Part shown: positions 1 to 15,684 of the stretch, one piece after another
Numbering within the stretch: position 1 is the first letter of the stretch
Layout of the letters: each line of letters opens with the position of its first letter
Assembly (NCBI GenBank): GCA_000165425.1
Contig: CT868429.1
Location: 323,337 to 387,336, forward strand
Reading direction: 5' to 3'
Origin: Paramecium tetraurelia
Taxonomy: Eukaryota
DNA length: 64,000 bases
Position numbers and translations under genes: made by a program
Notes under the pieces: model-generated
Seen by the model: only the letters and a program-made list of their open reading frames with translations
The model's database searches: none
What the model was told of the DNA's origin: nothing

Positions 1-814
1 CAGGTAATTAATCAATTTGAATGAAGATATTAATCTTGGAAATAATACAGTACTCTCGTTAAGGATTTATTGAAAAGAATGCTGGAGAAAAACCCAGAAT
101 TGAGACCAAATGCTTAATAGGTTCTTGAAGATCCGTGGTTTGAAAGGTAGAATTCTTAGATTATAATTAGTCATTCATCTGAATAAATACCTTCTCAAGA
201 TTTCAAGGAGAGTATGATATAATTTAATGGTTACACTGAGGATCAGGACAATAGTTTAAAATAAAGCAGATTTTTATAGGCAATAGTGTTATTCATTGCC
301 ACTGAATTAGTGCATAAGGACGATAAAAAAGTATTGAATCGTATCTTCCGTAAAATTGATAAGGACAACAATGGTATTAATGATTATATGAGACAATTAG
401 GAACAATCTCAAAAGAGGAACTGAAATGCGCTTTATAATAAATATATTCAAAAAATCAATTAGACGATAAAGTTGATAAAATATTCGATTTCTTGGATGT
501 CAACTAAAGTGGTTCACTAGATTTTAGTGAATTTGTAGCTGCAACCTGTAAATTATCAGATGTAGAAGGTATATCTTAATATATAAAACAATGCAGAAAA
601 AATTAGAGTTGCATTTGATGTATTGGACAAGAATAAGGATGGGTGTATAACTCTAGATGAATTATTTAAATTTATTGGGAGAGAAGACTATGATAATGAT
701 TGTAAGGAGATCTTCAATCAATTTGATCAGAATGGAGATGATAAAATAAGTTTTGCCGAGTTTTCTCAAGCAGTTTAAAAATACGTGAATATATGTAAAT
801 AGATTTAATATTGA
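1..814 (+). CDS. Calcium-dependent protein kinase (CDPK), 3' part: kinase end plus four EF-hands
   Basis: Code-6 translation gives DLLKRMLEKNPELRPNAQQVLEDPWF, then EF loops DKDNNGTISKEE, DVNQSGSLDFSE, DKNKDGCITLDE, DQNGDDKISFAE; GT-AG introns at 147-170, 374-400, 569-596; TGA at 812-814. Confidence 0.9.
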
Positions 815-889
815 TTATTTATAAGAGTTTGGCATTTAGTTACACAAATTATATATATAATATATATATATAGGTAGATAAACATAAAA

Positions 890-3800
890 TCAAAAATATT
901 TACCAAGAAGTGTGATTAGTTTAGTTCTGATTTCTAATTACTCACATTTTATCATCTCCACAAATGTTAAATAAAATTCTTTCAAATCATTTTTGTCTAG
1001 TCTACTTAAATAATCCAACATAAGTTCAATATTAAATTGTTTCTCACGTGAAGCATTTTCTTCATTCAAAAACACTTTTAAATTGTCATGAATGCTATTT
1101 AAAAGAGGAACCCGAATAGATAATGAAAATTTTTCTACGATTGAATTATCCATCTCTAAAAATCCAACTAAACTAATAATTATCATTTCTTTTGTTTCCA
1201 TCTCTGATGCACTTAATTTGTTTATGTAATAATTAGTAAAGAGTTAAACGACAACGTGTTATTGTTCAATATTTAAATATTGTGCATCATTTATGAAAAA
1301 TGTAATCCAATCTTGCGTTCTTTTATTAGATACTACAAATTAGTTATAATATTATACCAGTTAATTAGGATGAAATAAGAGGTTCAAACAACTATTGAAT
1401 CGAATTTTAATCTAAAAAGGGGATCATTATGGTTATGATATTTTTTAGTTTTGTAATCAGAATTAATTGTAATTTTTCAGAATTGTCATTCATAAATCTT
1501 TAACATTTCTAATTAATAAATTAATGTTTACATTCAAAAAACCATTCAAAACACCCACAAATTTATTTGCTTCATTCAAATCATTTTGATTTAATTATCT
1601 CTTACTAATTATTCCTTCAAAACTATTTATTAAGAACTCAATGAAGTAGTGATGCTTTACAATAATCCCTAATTAAGAAATTTGTTAATTTATAAAGTGC
1701 AACCATTCAGCGACTACTTCTTCTTCAAGATTATCAATTGAAAAGCATTATTTATAATAGTATTTGAACACATTATTGTCATCATTTAATAGTTGAATTA
1801 CATGATCCTGACATAAAAAATTGAAAAGCAACTATAATGCATGCAATCCTTTCTTATGATTTATTGGTATGGTTAATTTAATCACATCACAAAAGATTTG
1901 GAATGTTCTATTTTCTAGATAGTATTAGATATCCTCCATGTCCAAAGTTTATTCATGATTAATTAATGTTACTAAGAAATCAATAGATCCAATGAGTAAT
2001 TGCTTCTCTTAATTTGACTATATAATTCTTTGACAAGCCATTACTATTTCATGCTTCACATAAACACATTATGCTTAGTTAAATAATTGTAAATAATAGT
2101 AGAATTTAGGATATTATTATTTGCTAATGATCACATCTATTATTTTTGAAATGCACAACTTTACTAATTCAAACTGTTGCTTAAACAATTACAACGAAGT
2201 AGATTTGTCAAAAATCATCTACTTAATTGATCCTTAGAACTTAGGAGTTTCCATTGGTAATTAAGTGAATCTAGGGGTCTATTAAATGAGAGATAGTTGA
2301 TGCTATTCTACTTTAAGATAATATTCCATCGAATGTTATATCAACTCTTCTAGTAATGCAAACAAGTCTGTAAATTAAGAATCCTTAGCAATAGAACAAA
2401 TTTAACTAGAAATATGAATAGATGCATATTTTAGGTCATCTTGATTGTCTAAACAATTTTTAAATAGCTTTAAGGTAATTTACCATAACTCATAGTCCTT
2501 TATATCTAGTTTTACTAGTTTCTCCTGAACTCGCCAAGTCATACAGATGATCTTATTTGTAATTTCATAATTAACTAATCTAATAATTATATATTTACAT
2601 TCATCCTGCTTATTCAAAGACACTAATAGTTTGACTAATTTGCTAATTGATTAATTGTCCAAATTATCGATATGATTGAATATTATATCAGACATGCATT
2701 CAATTGATAATTGAGTTCTGAAAATTAACGATTTATGTTCTTATTAGCTTATTTCCTATTGAATCAGGTCTTTACTTAAAAAATCATGTAACACAGTATC
2801 AATCAATGAAACAAAGACTGCAAAAGCTTACTGAGGCAAATACTTAGCATGCTCCTTAATTAGAATAGTTAATAATGATAAAATATTTTCAGTGACATCC
2901 TCATAAGGTAGAAGTATTAATTCAGCAAGAGGATTTAATAAATATTAGATCCAATTTTCACCCCATTTGAATTTATTATTCTTACTATACTCAATCCCTG
3001 AAAATATTGTGTCCTTATATGTATTTATAGCATTTAGTCTCATTTCCATTACTTTAGAACTACAAAGACATAAGTATAAAGCATCTACGATAGTCCATAA
3101 CAAATCTATCCTTTGCCAGTTATTTTTGATTATGAGTAATAGTTTGTCTATTGCAAATGATTTATAAATGGAATCAAAATTCTTCTTTTAACTAATTTGA
3201 AGTCGCTCCGAAACCTAAAGCGCTAACTAATTTAAACCATCAACCATTTAAAAAACAGTTGAATCATGATATTAAGAACTGAGAATAAAGATCTCAGTAG
3301 TCATCTTTATCTCTGTTGACTTTGTGACCACCTATTCGATTCTTTGTAAAGTTTAGAATATGAGATTCCATGTTTTTGCAGTTAATAAATTGGCATTATT
3401 ATAAAGGATTTCTTCAAATACTTTACAAGCAATTAACCATTTATCTGATTCAATATACTTTAAAGATAATGGTGCAGATTAAGCAGCCAAAAACCTGATT
3501 AACAATTGAAAACTACTAATTTAATCTTACTATAGACTACATTAGATCCAAGATTATAGATATTCTAACAAGCTTGTATATTATTAATTATTAGCTATTT
3601 TTAGAATCTGCTTCATAATTCGTAGAAGAGGTCTCCATAGTTTATCGAATAAAGTTCTGAATTTTATATCATCGCTTTCAGTTTCTTGTATCTCTGTAAT
3701 TTAATCATCAACTTCCCCATTAAATAATTAAGATTGGAGAAGACGACTTTGATTTTTGATTTCCTGCAATAACCCACTCCCTTCCTTCTAATATTCATCC

Positions 3801-5119
3801 TACTATAGAAATTTAAGGATATTATCAGTAATTAGCTAAATTAAAGTTTCTAACTTTTAATGTATTTTATATTACTTATCTATTATATGAAAATATTAGG
3901 TAGCATTTGTAAATTGCAATCAATGTAGGAGGCTGTCAATTTGTTTATTAAAATATTCTGTTTTGGGGATTATTGAGTCTAGAATTCTTTTATTCCGAAT
4001 AGACAATATTGGTAGATTGACTTCAATATTAAATCATTATAGTCTAAATATGATGAAGGTTAATGAATACCATTGTAGACATTACCAGAAGGCTGCCTTA
4101 TCAGTAGATTTTTGAATATTGAGAGATTTGAATAGAGACACAAAATGCCGTCATGAATAGCAATCTTACTCTAATCAAGTGGTTGTAATTTGCTATATAC
4201 ATTCATCAACTGGGTGATCAATTCAAATTTGTCTTCTATGGTCAAGATGTAATTGAATATTAATCTAATTATGTTGATTTCTAAGATATATATTCAAGTA
4301 GATTTACTATTCATAATGTTTGACTCCTATGCTAGATCTATGCTTTTTAGGTATGCATATAGAGTTTCATAGTAGAAAGAATGAAATTACTCGATGGACT
4401 GTAAATATTTTCCACATTTAAGAAGTATGATAAATATATCTTTGCCTATTTTGATTGAAATGAGATATGATAAATACATAATATTAGGTTATTTGACACA
4501 TTAATTAACGATTGCTCCTTATCTTGAAATATGTTAAAAAATAATTCCAATAATTCAAAATAGGATTGCAATATTACATTCTTTTACTGGTTCTATAATA
4601 GCTCCTCCAAAACATTACTAAGTGTAAGAATGCCTTAAATCGATGATTATGCTATTATTGGGTTGTCTGAGGATGAAAAGTATATTAACAAATTCACGAC
4701 CTTCAGAATGTGATTTAAATTAGAAAAATCAATGACATCAGGACCAATGATGTGTATTAAGGTGGAAACCAGTCTGATATCTATTGTTTCATCTTACTGC
4801 GATTTTGAATTATTAAAATATTCAATTATGATATCAAGATCGTTCTAATGATAAATTAATAGTACTATTGTTAACATGAGCAAATGCTGCAATTTTTGGA
4901 TTAGTCCTATTCCTTATGAAATTAATTTTGTATTTTTTGAGCTTACAATCGAAGGCAATAATTGTTATAATAAGGTGTGCGTATCCAATTCCAATATATT
5001 TGCCTCTAACACCTTTATATATATCGATTAGGATTGTTTACCTTACACAATTAAGGATATTTCCGACTCTGATCCTTAATTAATAATAATTCATTTTCTA
5101 CTACTTCCTTTGTATTCAT
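890..5119 (-). CDS. MON2: MON2-like Golgi/endosome trafficking scaffold (DCB/HUS-type helical repeats)
   Basis: N-terminus MNTKEVVENELLLIKDQSRKYPQLCK...LVSTLIHII...LKVVNLLIYFSSSDNPIIAQSS resembles the MON2 DCB domain; long helical ORF of about 1300 aa with several short introns; ends LEIRTKLITLLGKYF-TGA. Confidence 0.7.
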
Positions 5120-5278
5120 ATTTAGAATATATTTATAATATTTTAATCTGAAGGTATTGAAGTCATAATTAATATTTATAATCATGTTTTCCTTTCACTG
5201 GTCTAAAAATTCTCTTTTTAGCACAGTTGATTGAAAATACTATAGAATAGGATTTAAATAATAAAAATTATCATTCTA

Positions 5279-5778
5279 TCAGATTAAGTCATCTAAATTA
5301 AACTCATTGTCTTCTTAAGCAAATTCATCATCATACATAACTAATCGAACCTTATTTTTTATTTATTTTTCATCATCAATGGTTTCATTGGTTTCCTCCT
5401 GCTATTAAGTTTGCACTTTCAGATCTGAGTTGATTTTAATCAATTTAACGGATTTCCTTTGCACTTAAGGCGATAAAGGGTTAAACTTTTGATGATGAGA
5501 TCTATTAATGTATTGAACAATCACCTGCATTAACTAGGAGAACGAGTTCCAATGATTTCTGACATTGGTTTGAAAATTTTGTTGTTTTTCTTTAGATGAG
5601 CATGATCTTCCAAAAACTACAAGTATTTTTCATGCTCTTCCTTTGTCCAATGACCATTATTCTTTCTTGGAGAAAGAGAATCACTTTTTTTTATTTTTTT
5701 AGACTTAGGAGATCTGCTACAAGTAAGTAATGCAACTTCGTCCTCTAAATTACAGTATTCCTCTTCCATTTAAGACAT
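5279..5778 (-). CDS. Single-repeat Myb/SANT transcription factor (SHAQKYF class)
   Basis: GHWTKEEHEKYLQFL...MSEIIGTRSPSQCRSHHQKF after removing a 23-nt intron that contains an in-frame TGA; 158 aa. Confidence 0.9.
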
Positions 5779-5838
5779 TTTTTTAATAATTATTAAAAAA
5801 ATAAAATTTTGATATTTATACATACTATGCTTATTAGA

Positions 5839-6740
5839 TCATTTCCTCAATGAATTCTCAACTCTATTGCATGTTTAATCAATAAGATTTATAATGCTCT
5901 CTTCTGTGGCTTCCCTTTCATTTTTTTCCGCATTCAACTCTCCGTTCAAATATGAATTCATCTCATCTAGCATTCTGAACATCTAAGACTATGCTGATAC
6001 TCTCTATTTTTTCTCTGTTGTTAAAATTTCTTGCAATTTCAATATAGAATCTCCCAATCGTTTGATAACCTATTGATTTCCCTCTTCCCTAAAATACAGT
6101 TAAACAATTACCTCTATCTTCTTTCTTCATCAACTTCCTCCTATAATTATAAAATTCTATCTCCAATTTCTTGAGCATTCTTTTCTTCTGTTTCTTCTCT
6201 ATATTTTTTTTATCTTGCTAAATCCAATTTCAGACTATAGACCCTATCATCTGTAGTCTTAGTTATTTTTTATTCATAATCTTTTCTATTGACTTTTTCT
6301 GCTTATAGTTCTTTTCCTAAATTGACTTCCAAGAGTTTCAAATCTTTATTTCTTAATTTTTCATCTCCACTCTATAGAATAATTAAATTTTCATATTACT
6401 TCTCTAATAATCTTTTCATTTTAAGCTCCTTCCTCCACTTTTTATAATTATTCTCTTAACAACTTAAATTTTGATTCATCCCCTTATTGCTGCTTTATGG
6501 CTTTATCTTCTAAAACTTTAACCTTTTATTCAAAGGTTTCTTTTTTAAACTATTCAGTATGAATAGACTATATACTGCCTGATCTTCGTCGATTGAATGC
6601 TAGAGATTTGAGAGTTTTTCTGATAATTAAGATATCTTTGCCCTACTAGGTGAAAGAGCTCGATCTCTGTCACCTGCATATGATATTGCAGACTAATTTT
6701 TTGGTCCTGGTGAAGAATACATTAATTTAGAAGCAGACAT
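5839..6740 (-). CDS. SF-assemblin / beta-giardin family striated-fibre protein
   Basis: Short Ser/Pro head (MSASKLMYSSPGPK) then a continuous coiled coil ending LNAEKNEREATEESIINLIDQTCNRVENSLRK, typical of SF-assemblins. Confidence 0.8.
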
Positions 6741-7017
6741 AATTGTTTTTTAATAATTTTATTTGTTAATGTTTAGACACTCTTTAAAATAAATAAATTT
6801 ATTGAATAAACTCATAAACATGATAATTATACTTACATTTTTAATCATCTGTTAGATATTATTACATTTTTTTAAAGTTTTTTGTAATCATTAATATGAA
6901 TATGAATTATATAAGAAATTATTAGTTAAGCAACTTAATTTATTAAAATAATAAAGAAGAAATGTATAAATAATATTATTGCAATTATCAATAAATATAA
7001 TATTTCTAAGTTATATA

Positions 7018-7451
7018 TCAATATTTAGAGATTAAAAAATTTTAATTTTTTAATAGTTGTTTAACGTTTACTGCATCTCCTTCGCTTGTTGTTCGATTTC
7101 CACTTTTGATTCTCATTTATTATATATTTTCCAATCTTACTAAGGGAGATTACTTTTAGAAATTCTAATTCGTTAGATTTCCATATTGAGTTACACCTAA
7201 TTTATTCTCCTATTATTTTTCTAATTGAGTCTTCAAATCTAATATGAAATATCTAGATATCGAATACTTTCAATCTTTTTTTGTACTATTCTTTGATTAG
7301 CCATTGGCATGATCATATTCATATTTCCCAACTCTGCTTTCAATTTAGAAAGTGTTTTTTGTTTGGCCTTAAGCAATTTTTAATTATTGGCAATTTCATT
7401 ACAGAACTCGGTGTTAGGTGCAATATTCTTAGATCTAATAGTTTTACTCAT
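7018..7451 (-). CDS. Small hypothetical protein
   Basis: MSKTIRSKNIAPNTEFCNEIANNQKLL..., one 29-nt GT-AG intron restores the frame to TGA at 7018-7020; no recognisable domain. Confidence 0.6.
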
Positions 7452-7502
7452 AAATAGTTAATTAATTAATGTTAAATTGAAACAACCAAAATCGATAATT
7501 TT

Positions 7503-8535
7503 TCATAAAAAATAATCTGGTGTTTTTTTGGTCAAATGGGGTTCTCCTCTTCTTGGAGCAGGATCAAATTGCAAATAATTTTGATTCATATGTTCATCCA
7601 CTTCTAGAATGGCAGCCTAATTCCCGCATCTATAACAATAATTAGGAGCAGAGAATAAAGTAACACAATTTTTATCATGGGTTTCTTAAAATCCTTCCAT
7701 AACTAATTAATGTGCTCTGGCAATCATAGTTAATCCATTAGTATGATTGTATTTTTCAGAAATATCTGCTCCAAAAGTAAACCCAGCTCCCCTAGGCGAA
7801 GTATTGAATCCATTTCGATCTTAGATAGTAAGATTGATATTTACCATCAGGATCACTCCACAATAAATCACATAAAGGACCTTCATGAGGCACTTCTTGT
7901 ATTCTATCCAATCTTCTTATTTCGTCGAGAGTAGTAACATCGGGAGATAATCCTCCATGTAAACCAAAGATCTTTTGTAATAATTAAAATTTACTGAGTT
8001 TTCAACTACTGCAGTGATTGGGAGATAATCAAATAAATCAGTGAAATACTTCCATGGATTAGCATTGCCGTACTTTCTTACGCATTCTTCGTAGAACCCA
8101 TAGACTTATGTGATTTATCTGGATTCGTGATTCCCTCTTAAAATAGTTATTCTATCCTAATTGGAATTTAAGTTATTCTTACTTTATATCTGACCTTCAA
8201 AGCCAACAGAAGTGATACAGTTTCCACACTATAATAGCCACGATCAACGTAATCCCCCAAGAAAAGATAATTTGTATCGGGTACATTACCTTGATAAATA
8301 ATTCTTAAATTTTACCTCCAATTTTAAATAATTCCATTAAGTCATGATATTATCCATGAACATCACCGCAAATAGTAACTGGAGCTCTAACTGGTTGAAC
8401 ATTACTCTCATCTTACAAGATTTCCTTAGCCTTTTCACAAAGCCATTTGACATCCATCTCTGTCAATGGTTTGCATTTATTGAGTTGTTCAATAAATCCA
8501 TCTAAACAGTTATTGGGATTATCGTATTATGACAT
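7503..8535 (-). CDS. PP2Ac: Serine/threonine protein phosphatase 2A catalytic subunit
   Basis: [37 protein letters not shown] motifs and the diagnostic C-terminal TPDYFL-TGA; four short introns. Confidence 0.97.
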
Positions 8536-8621
8536 ATTTATTTTCAAATTTTTAATATTAATATTGTGAATCTTAATATATATACATAATATATAAAAGT
8601 GATATCAAAATTAATTAGGGA

Positions 8622-10914
<2,293 letters not shown>

Positions 10915-11038
10915 TATCTAGGTTGTTAAAATAATTAATTTTTTATTTATTCACTTAAACTAATGATCAATTACTTGATTATTATTATATAATGGTAATC
11001 ATACCATTTCTATCTTTTAACAAATCGAAAACAACTTT

Positions 11039-12514
11039 CAAGGGTCCAAACATACCTAAAAGAAAATCATTTTTGTTTAATTAAAAATATAAATCAAAAA
11101 CTCTTTCGCTTTTCTTACATTTAAGTCAGACATTAAAATCAAGTCCTTGATAAGCTGACTTGACAAATGGTCTCTACTTTGACAATATCTCCGTTTTTTA
11201 ATTTATTTTTTAATTATCCTCTTCTTTTTATTACTATTGTTATTCTGTCTTTATTCTTCGAGATTAATCATAACCTTTAGCAAATATCTACTTAAAAAAA
11301 TTAAGATTCTCTTCTTATCTCTTTTACATTCCTATCATCTAATCCAATTTATTCATAAGTAAGTTACGTTCCTATTAAATTTAATGATATCTTTATACAT
11401 CTGCATTGCAATCTGATTCCTTCTAAAACTTTGTTAAATTATCAAATAGAAATCTATTTTATTGCTCCAATTCCTCAGACTTTTTCTTTAGTATCTACAC
11501 TTGAAATACTAGTTAATCAATTTTGCTCTCTAACTTTTTCTAATTTAGATAACTCTAAGTTTTTATGATAAAATCCCCCTAAGCGTTGTTTTGCTGATGA
11601 TTTACTTTATGTTAATTCTGAAAATCCTTAGAATATTTTGAATTCTCCAATCGAGATCTAGATGAAGAGGAATCAACTGATTTGCTTCTTTAAGAAATTT
11701 CTTATCTGAATTGTTTTTGACTATCTTCTTGATCGTATTAATCACAGAGATGTTACTACTTTTTTAGAGTTTTCTACAATTCTTCTTCAACTTGATTTTT
11801 GTTCTATTTTATATCCTTACTTAAATTGCTTAATTTGTTTTTAAATTCCTACAATGTAATTTATTGTGAATAGATGTTCATGGGAGATGGGAAGTGCTTC
11901 ATTGAGTATGAGCCTTTGGAATTCATTAGTTTCTACTAAGGGTTATTTTATACAAGTTGATCTGCTGATTAACATTCAGTCAATCCTCCTCTTTAAGAAA
12001 AATAAACTTGATCATTTAGATTGCCATAAGAATTGAACTTCTTCTTGACATTATTTTTCAAGAGTCGATTTTCCTATTTTTGTTGTTATTATGCTAACAA
12101 TTATTGAAAATCCGCGCTTTGATTTCTTTAATCTCTAGATATTCGTTTGTATTCCGTGTGAGTCATATTTGAATTTAACAAGTTTGTGATTACATCAACT
12201 TAAGAATTAGTATTTCTTTAGGGAGGAGATGCTGATTATTCTTAATCTTTATCTTTTGTAGGAGATGCAGAAGTATGAGCTTTAAATTGCTTTTCATTCC
12301 CTTCTGTACGTATTCTTGTCTTTAAAGTGTTCTTATTGAGTGATTTAGAAGATCCTGATACTAATATTTTTAGCATTTACAAACATGATAATTATTATGC
12401 TATTTGAATATTAGATTGTCTTAATTAATATTAGTTACAACTTTTTTTATGGGTTTCATTGCTTTTTGCATTTGATATAGTTTTTCTATGAATTTGATTT
12501 TTTGTACTTAACAT
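11039..12514 (-). CDS. Hypothetical Q/S-rich coiled-coil protein (3' end approximate)
   Basis: Long TGA-free frame from ATG at 12514 (MLSTKNQIHRKTISNAKSNE...) with coiled-coil stretches; C-terminal exon structure uncertain. Confidence 0.6.
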
Positions 12515-12959
12515 TTAATAATTCACAACAGTTGATAATAAGATAATTATTGAAATTTTGAATATATGCAATAATTTTTGTAATTTATGAATTCAATTAT
12601 TTAATTTAATGAGTAATTATAATCACATAATATGATTCTTCATTCACTTTTATTGAATTTGAAATTAAAATTAAAGGTTAATGAAGAGTCTAAAATAGGT
12701 TAACCCCTGAATTCACTACAAATTTGAATTTATTTTATGTTAATTTAATTTTATATAGAGATTTCAAATAATTATATTGAAAAGATTCAAATACATTTTA
12801 TCATATTTTAATCATAAAAGAATATGAATTTAAAATACTGAAGCATAAATAGGTTTACAAAATAACTAGTCTCTTGTTCTCAATCCTTTAAGGCAAAGTA
12901 CATTGAAATATAAAAAAATTAATGCATATGAGTTGAGAAAAGTGAATTTAAATTATTTA

Positions 12960-14421
12960 ATGATTAAATTTGGTTTATTTCATTTGAGAAATCCCTTTAT
13001 TCATCGAATAAATTTCTCAAGCTCAACAGCAAAAGCAAAATAACGAGTGCTAACAAAATAATAAGAGCAGTTTGTTAATGAGCTTAAAAATACTTATAAG
13101 TCTTTGGCAGATAATTTATAAAGTATGCTATTACAATAATAATTTAGGCGAGGAATCCGTGCTTAATTTATTTAAGAAGGATTCAGAAGAAGAAAAGTAA
13201 GAGTAAAAAGGGTCTGCTAGTGAGAAAGCCATAATTGCTTAATATATGAACATTCTTAACTATAGGTATGTTGGATTGAAAATATGATTAGTTTTGGTTA
13301 ATATTATTAAAGTTTGAGTCCAGAAGAGTAATTGAAAAGAAGTAAAGATCTTATAAAGTCTGATGTATTAAAAAAAGACTGGGATACATTTCTGAAGGAA
13401 AATAGAGACTATTAAGATTATTCACTTTTTGATAAAAATCTTCTAGCAATTAAATATAGTCATAAAGACTATGATCCTAGAGATGCTAAATATAAAAACT
13501 AATTAAACTTTTATGGTGACTTAGATGAAAATGTATATGAAAGACAACAAAAGGAAAACATATATAGTTTCATTTATTAAAATCCTGAAAATAAGAAAGT
13601 TGCTAGGAAGATGCCAGAAAGAAGAAAAATAAGACTTGCATTTAGATTTCGAAAGGCAAGAAGAGCAATGAGAGCAAGAGAGTTAATTTCTAGGAAAATA
13701 AAGGATAATTAAAGATGGTTATTAAATAAGGAGAAAATTTCTAAAAGAAGACGTAGAAAAATTGTTACTGCTCCTAAATTATCATTCAGAGCTAAATTTT
13801 AATTGTTTGGATTATTTAATGAGGGTTGGACAGTTAGAGATTTGTCAATTAAATATGGAATAATGCCATATAGAGTAAAGGCTATCATATATTAAAAACG
13901 ATACTTTTTTGATGAAGTATTCCCTCATCTCCCTTTTGAGTATGTAAGAGACTTGATTGCAATTGAATTATATTTTGAGAAATAATTTGGAGCCGTTGAT
14001 TATGGTGTTGATTTACAGCAAATGAGAAAAGCAGAGTCAGGATACTTGTAGACAAAGTAAATAATTAAATATATCATTATGTTAGTTTCAAGACTCCTGA
14101 TAGGAATGTGGATATTGCCAAATTGTCAGAGACAGAATAAGAAAGAATAAAGAAATTGTTTGAGGAAAAGAAATCAAAGAAATATGATATTGTAACAGAG
14201 AAATTCTAAGGTTAAGGAAATAAAGGGTATGAAGATCAAACTATTTAAGGTATTATTTGAAATCGTGGATCATGCATAAAACACGTTCCAGACATAGTGT
14301 CAATAGAATATTTGAAAGAATTATTAAGGATAGTGACAAACCTTTCAAGTTACCAGTGACTGCATAGGCTAGATTAAAATTAGGTCCTCGTATTGCAAGC
14401 GCTCAATTTGGTCATAAATGA
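12960..14421 (+). CDS. Probable mitochondrial ribosomal protein mS45 (Bot1p-like domain)
   Basis: Basic presequence-like start MIKFGLFHLRNPFIHRINFSS; core LSFRAKFQLFGLFNEGWTVRDLSIKYGIMPYRVKAII matches the helix-turn-helix pattern of Bot1p/mS45. Confidence 0.6.
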
Positions 14422-14452
14422 GATTAGTATTTTAAGAAATATAAATTTAATT

Positions 14453-15671
14453 ATGTTAACATACACTGACTTTTGTTTAAAATTAGCAACCATAGTTAAG
14501 GAAGAAAAGATAGAATCTCTGAAGGTTTAAGAGTTAGTTAATTATACACTTGATTTATTAGAAAGTACTTAATCACCTGTTGATACTTATGTATATTTTG
14601 TGATTTATTAAAAGGAAGAAGTGATTAGCAAAGAATTGAGATTTTATAAAAGTGAATGCTAATACTTGTCCCAATTACGGACAACCTTACAATTGTAGGT
14701 CAAAGTATTTATCAATATAAATTAGCAAGCAATTACAAACCCAATTATTCGAAGTAAAAGAAACAAATGCACGTCTTATTGAGATTCTAAAAACATAAAA
14801 AAAGTAAAAACTTCAAAGCAACTTGAAAACTGAAACTAACACCAACACTCAAACATAAACTTAAACTCAAAAATTGGAAATACAAAGATTGTCTTCTCGG
14901 TTAAACAAAGAATGTATTTTATTATATTTATATAGAATTTACTACTATGTCTCGATAACCCATTTTACCTATCACTCAAAAATAGTCCCAATTGGCTCCA
15001 CATCTAACAATAGAGATCAAAAACATTAGAACTCCTTTGATGGAAAGCCAAGCACCCAAGAATTTAAAGGAACTGTTTGATCAATGTGTTGCTTAATTGT
15101 ATCGAGAAAACAAGATCAAGGGGAACTTCTAGAAACAAAATAAATAAAATTGCAATAGAGACCATTAAGGTTAGTTTTTATTGACTTAAGAATCAAATGA
15201 TATTTCATTTTCAAAACTGGATATCAAGACTCTAACCGAAAGGTATACCAAAGTCAATCAAATAATTTAGATTCTTTTTGAATCCTCATTTTATTAAGAT
15301 GGTTGAAGCTTAGATATTTGATATTAAGTGTTGCAATTTCAAGGCTTGTATCTATAATTAAAGATAAATCTAATAATAAATCGATTCAGGCCTTTATAAA
15401 GAGGAAATTCAATAAACTCAACTGCCTAAAAGAAGTCTCACCTTTAGATAGGATAATAGAAGTAAAAGTGTTGGTAAAAATGAGGGTATTGTGATTGTCA
15501 ATTAAGATAGATTACAAACTTTAATATTAGTATTTATATTAGGAAATTTAAAGACTTGAAAAAGAGATTGTCTCTACATCTACAAATAGATTTACAGTCT
15601 AAGAACTGAAATTGCAATTGAGGGAGGCAAAGGAAAAACTTGTAGAAATATAATCTAAGATTTTAAATTGA
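14453..15671 (+). CDS. Hypothetical coiled-coil protein
   Basis: MLTYTDFCLKLATIVKEEKIESLK..., several short introns, ends LREAKEKLVEIQSKILN-TGA. Confidence 0.6.
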
Positions 15672-15684
15672 ATAATATTATTAT

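Noticed and set aside
850..872. (AT)n run between the convergent CDPK and MON2 genes
   Set aside because: Ordinary low-complexity 3' UTR sequence
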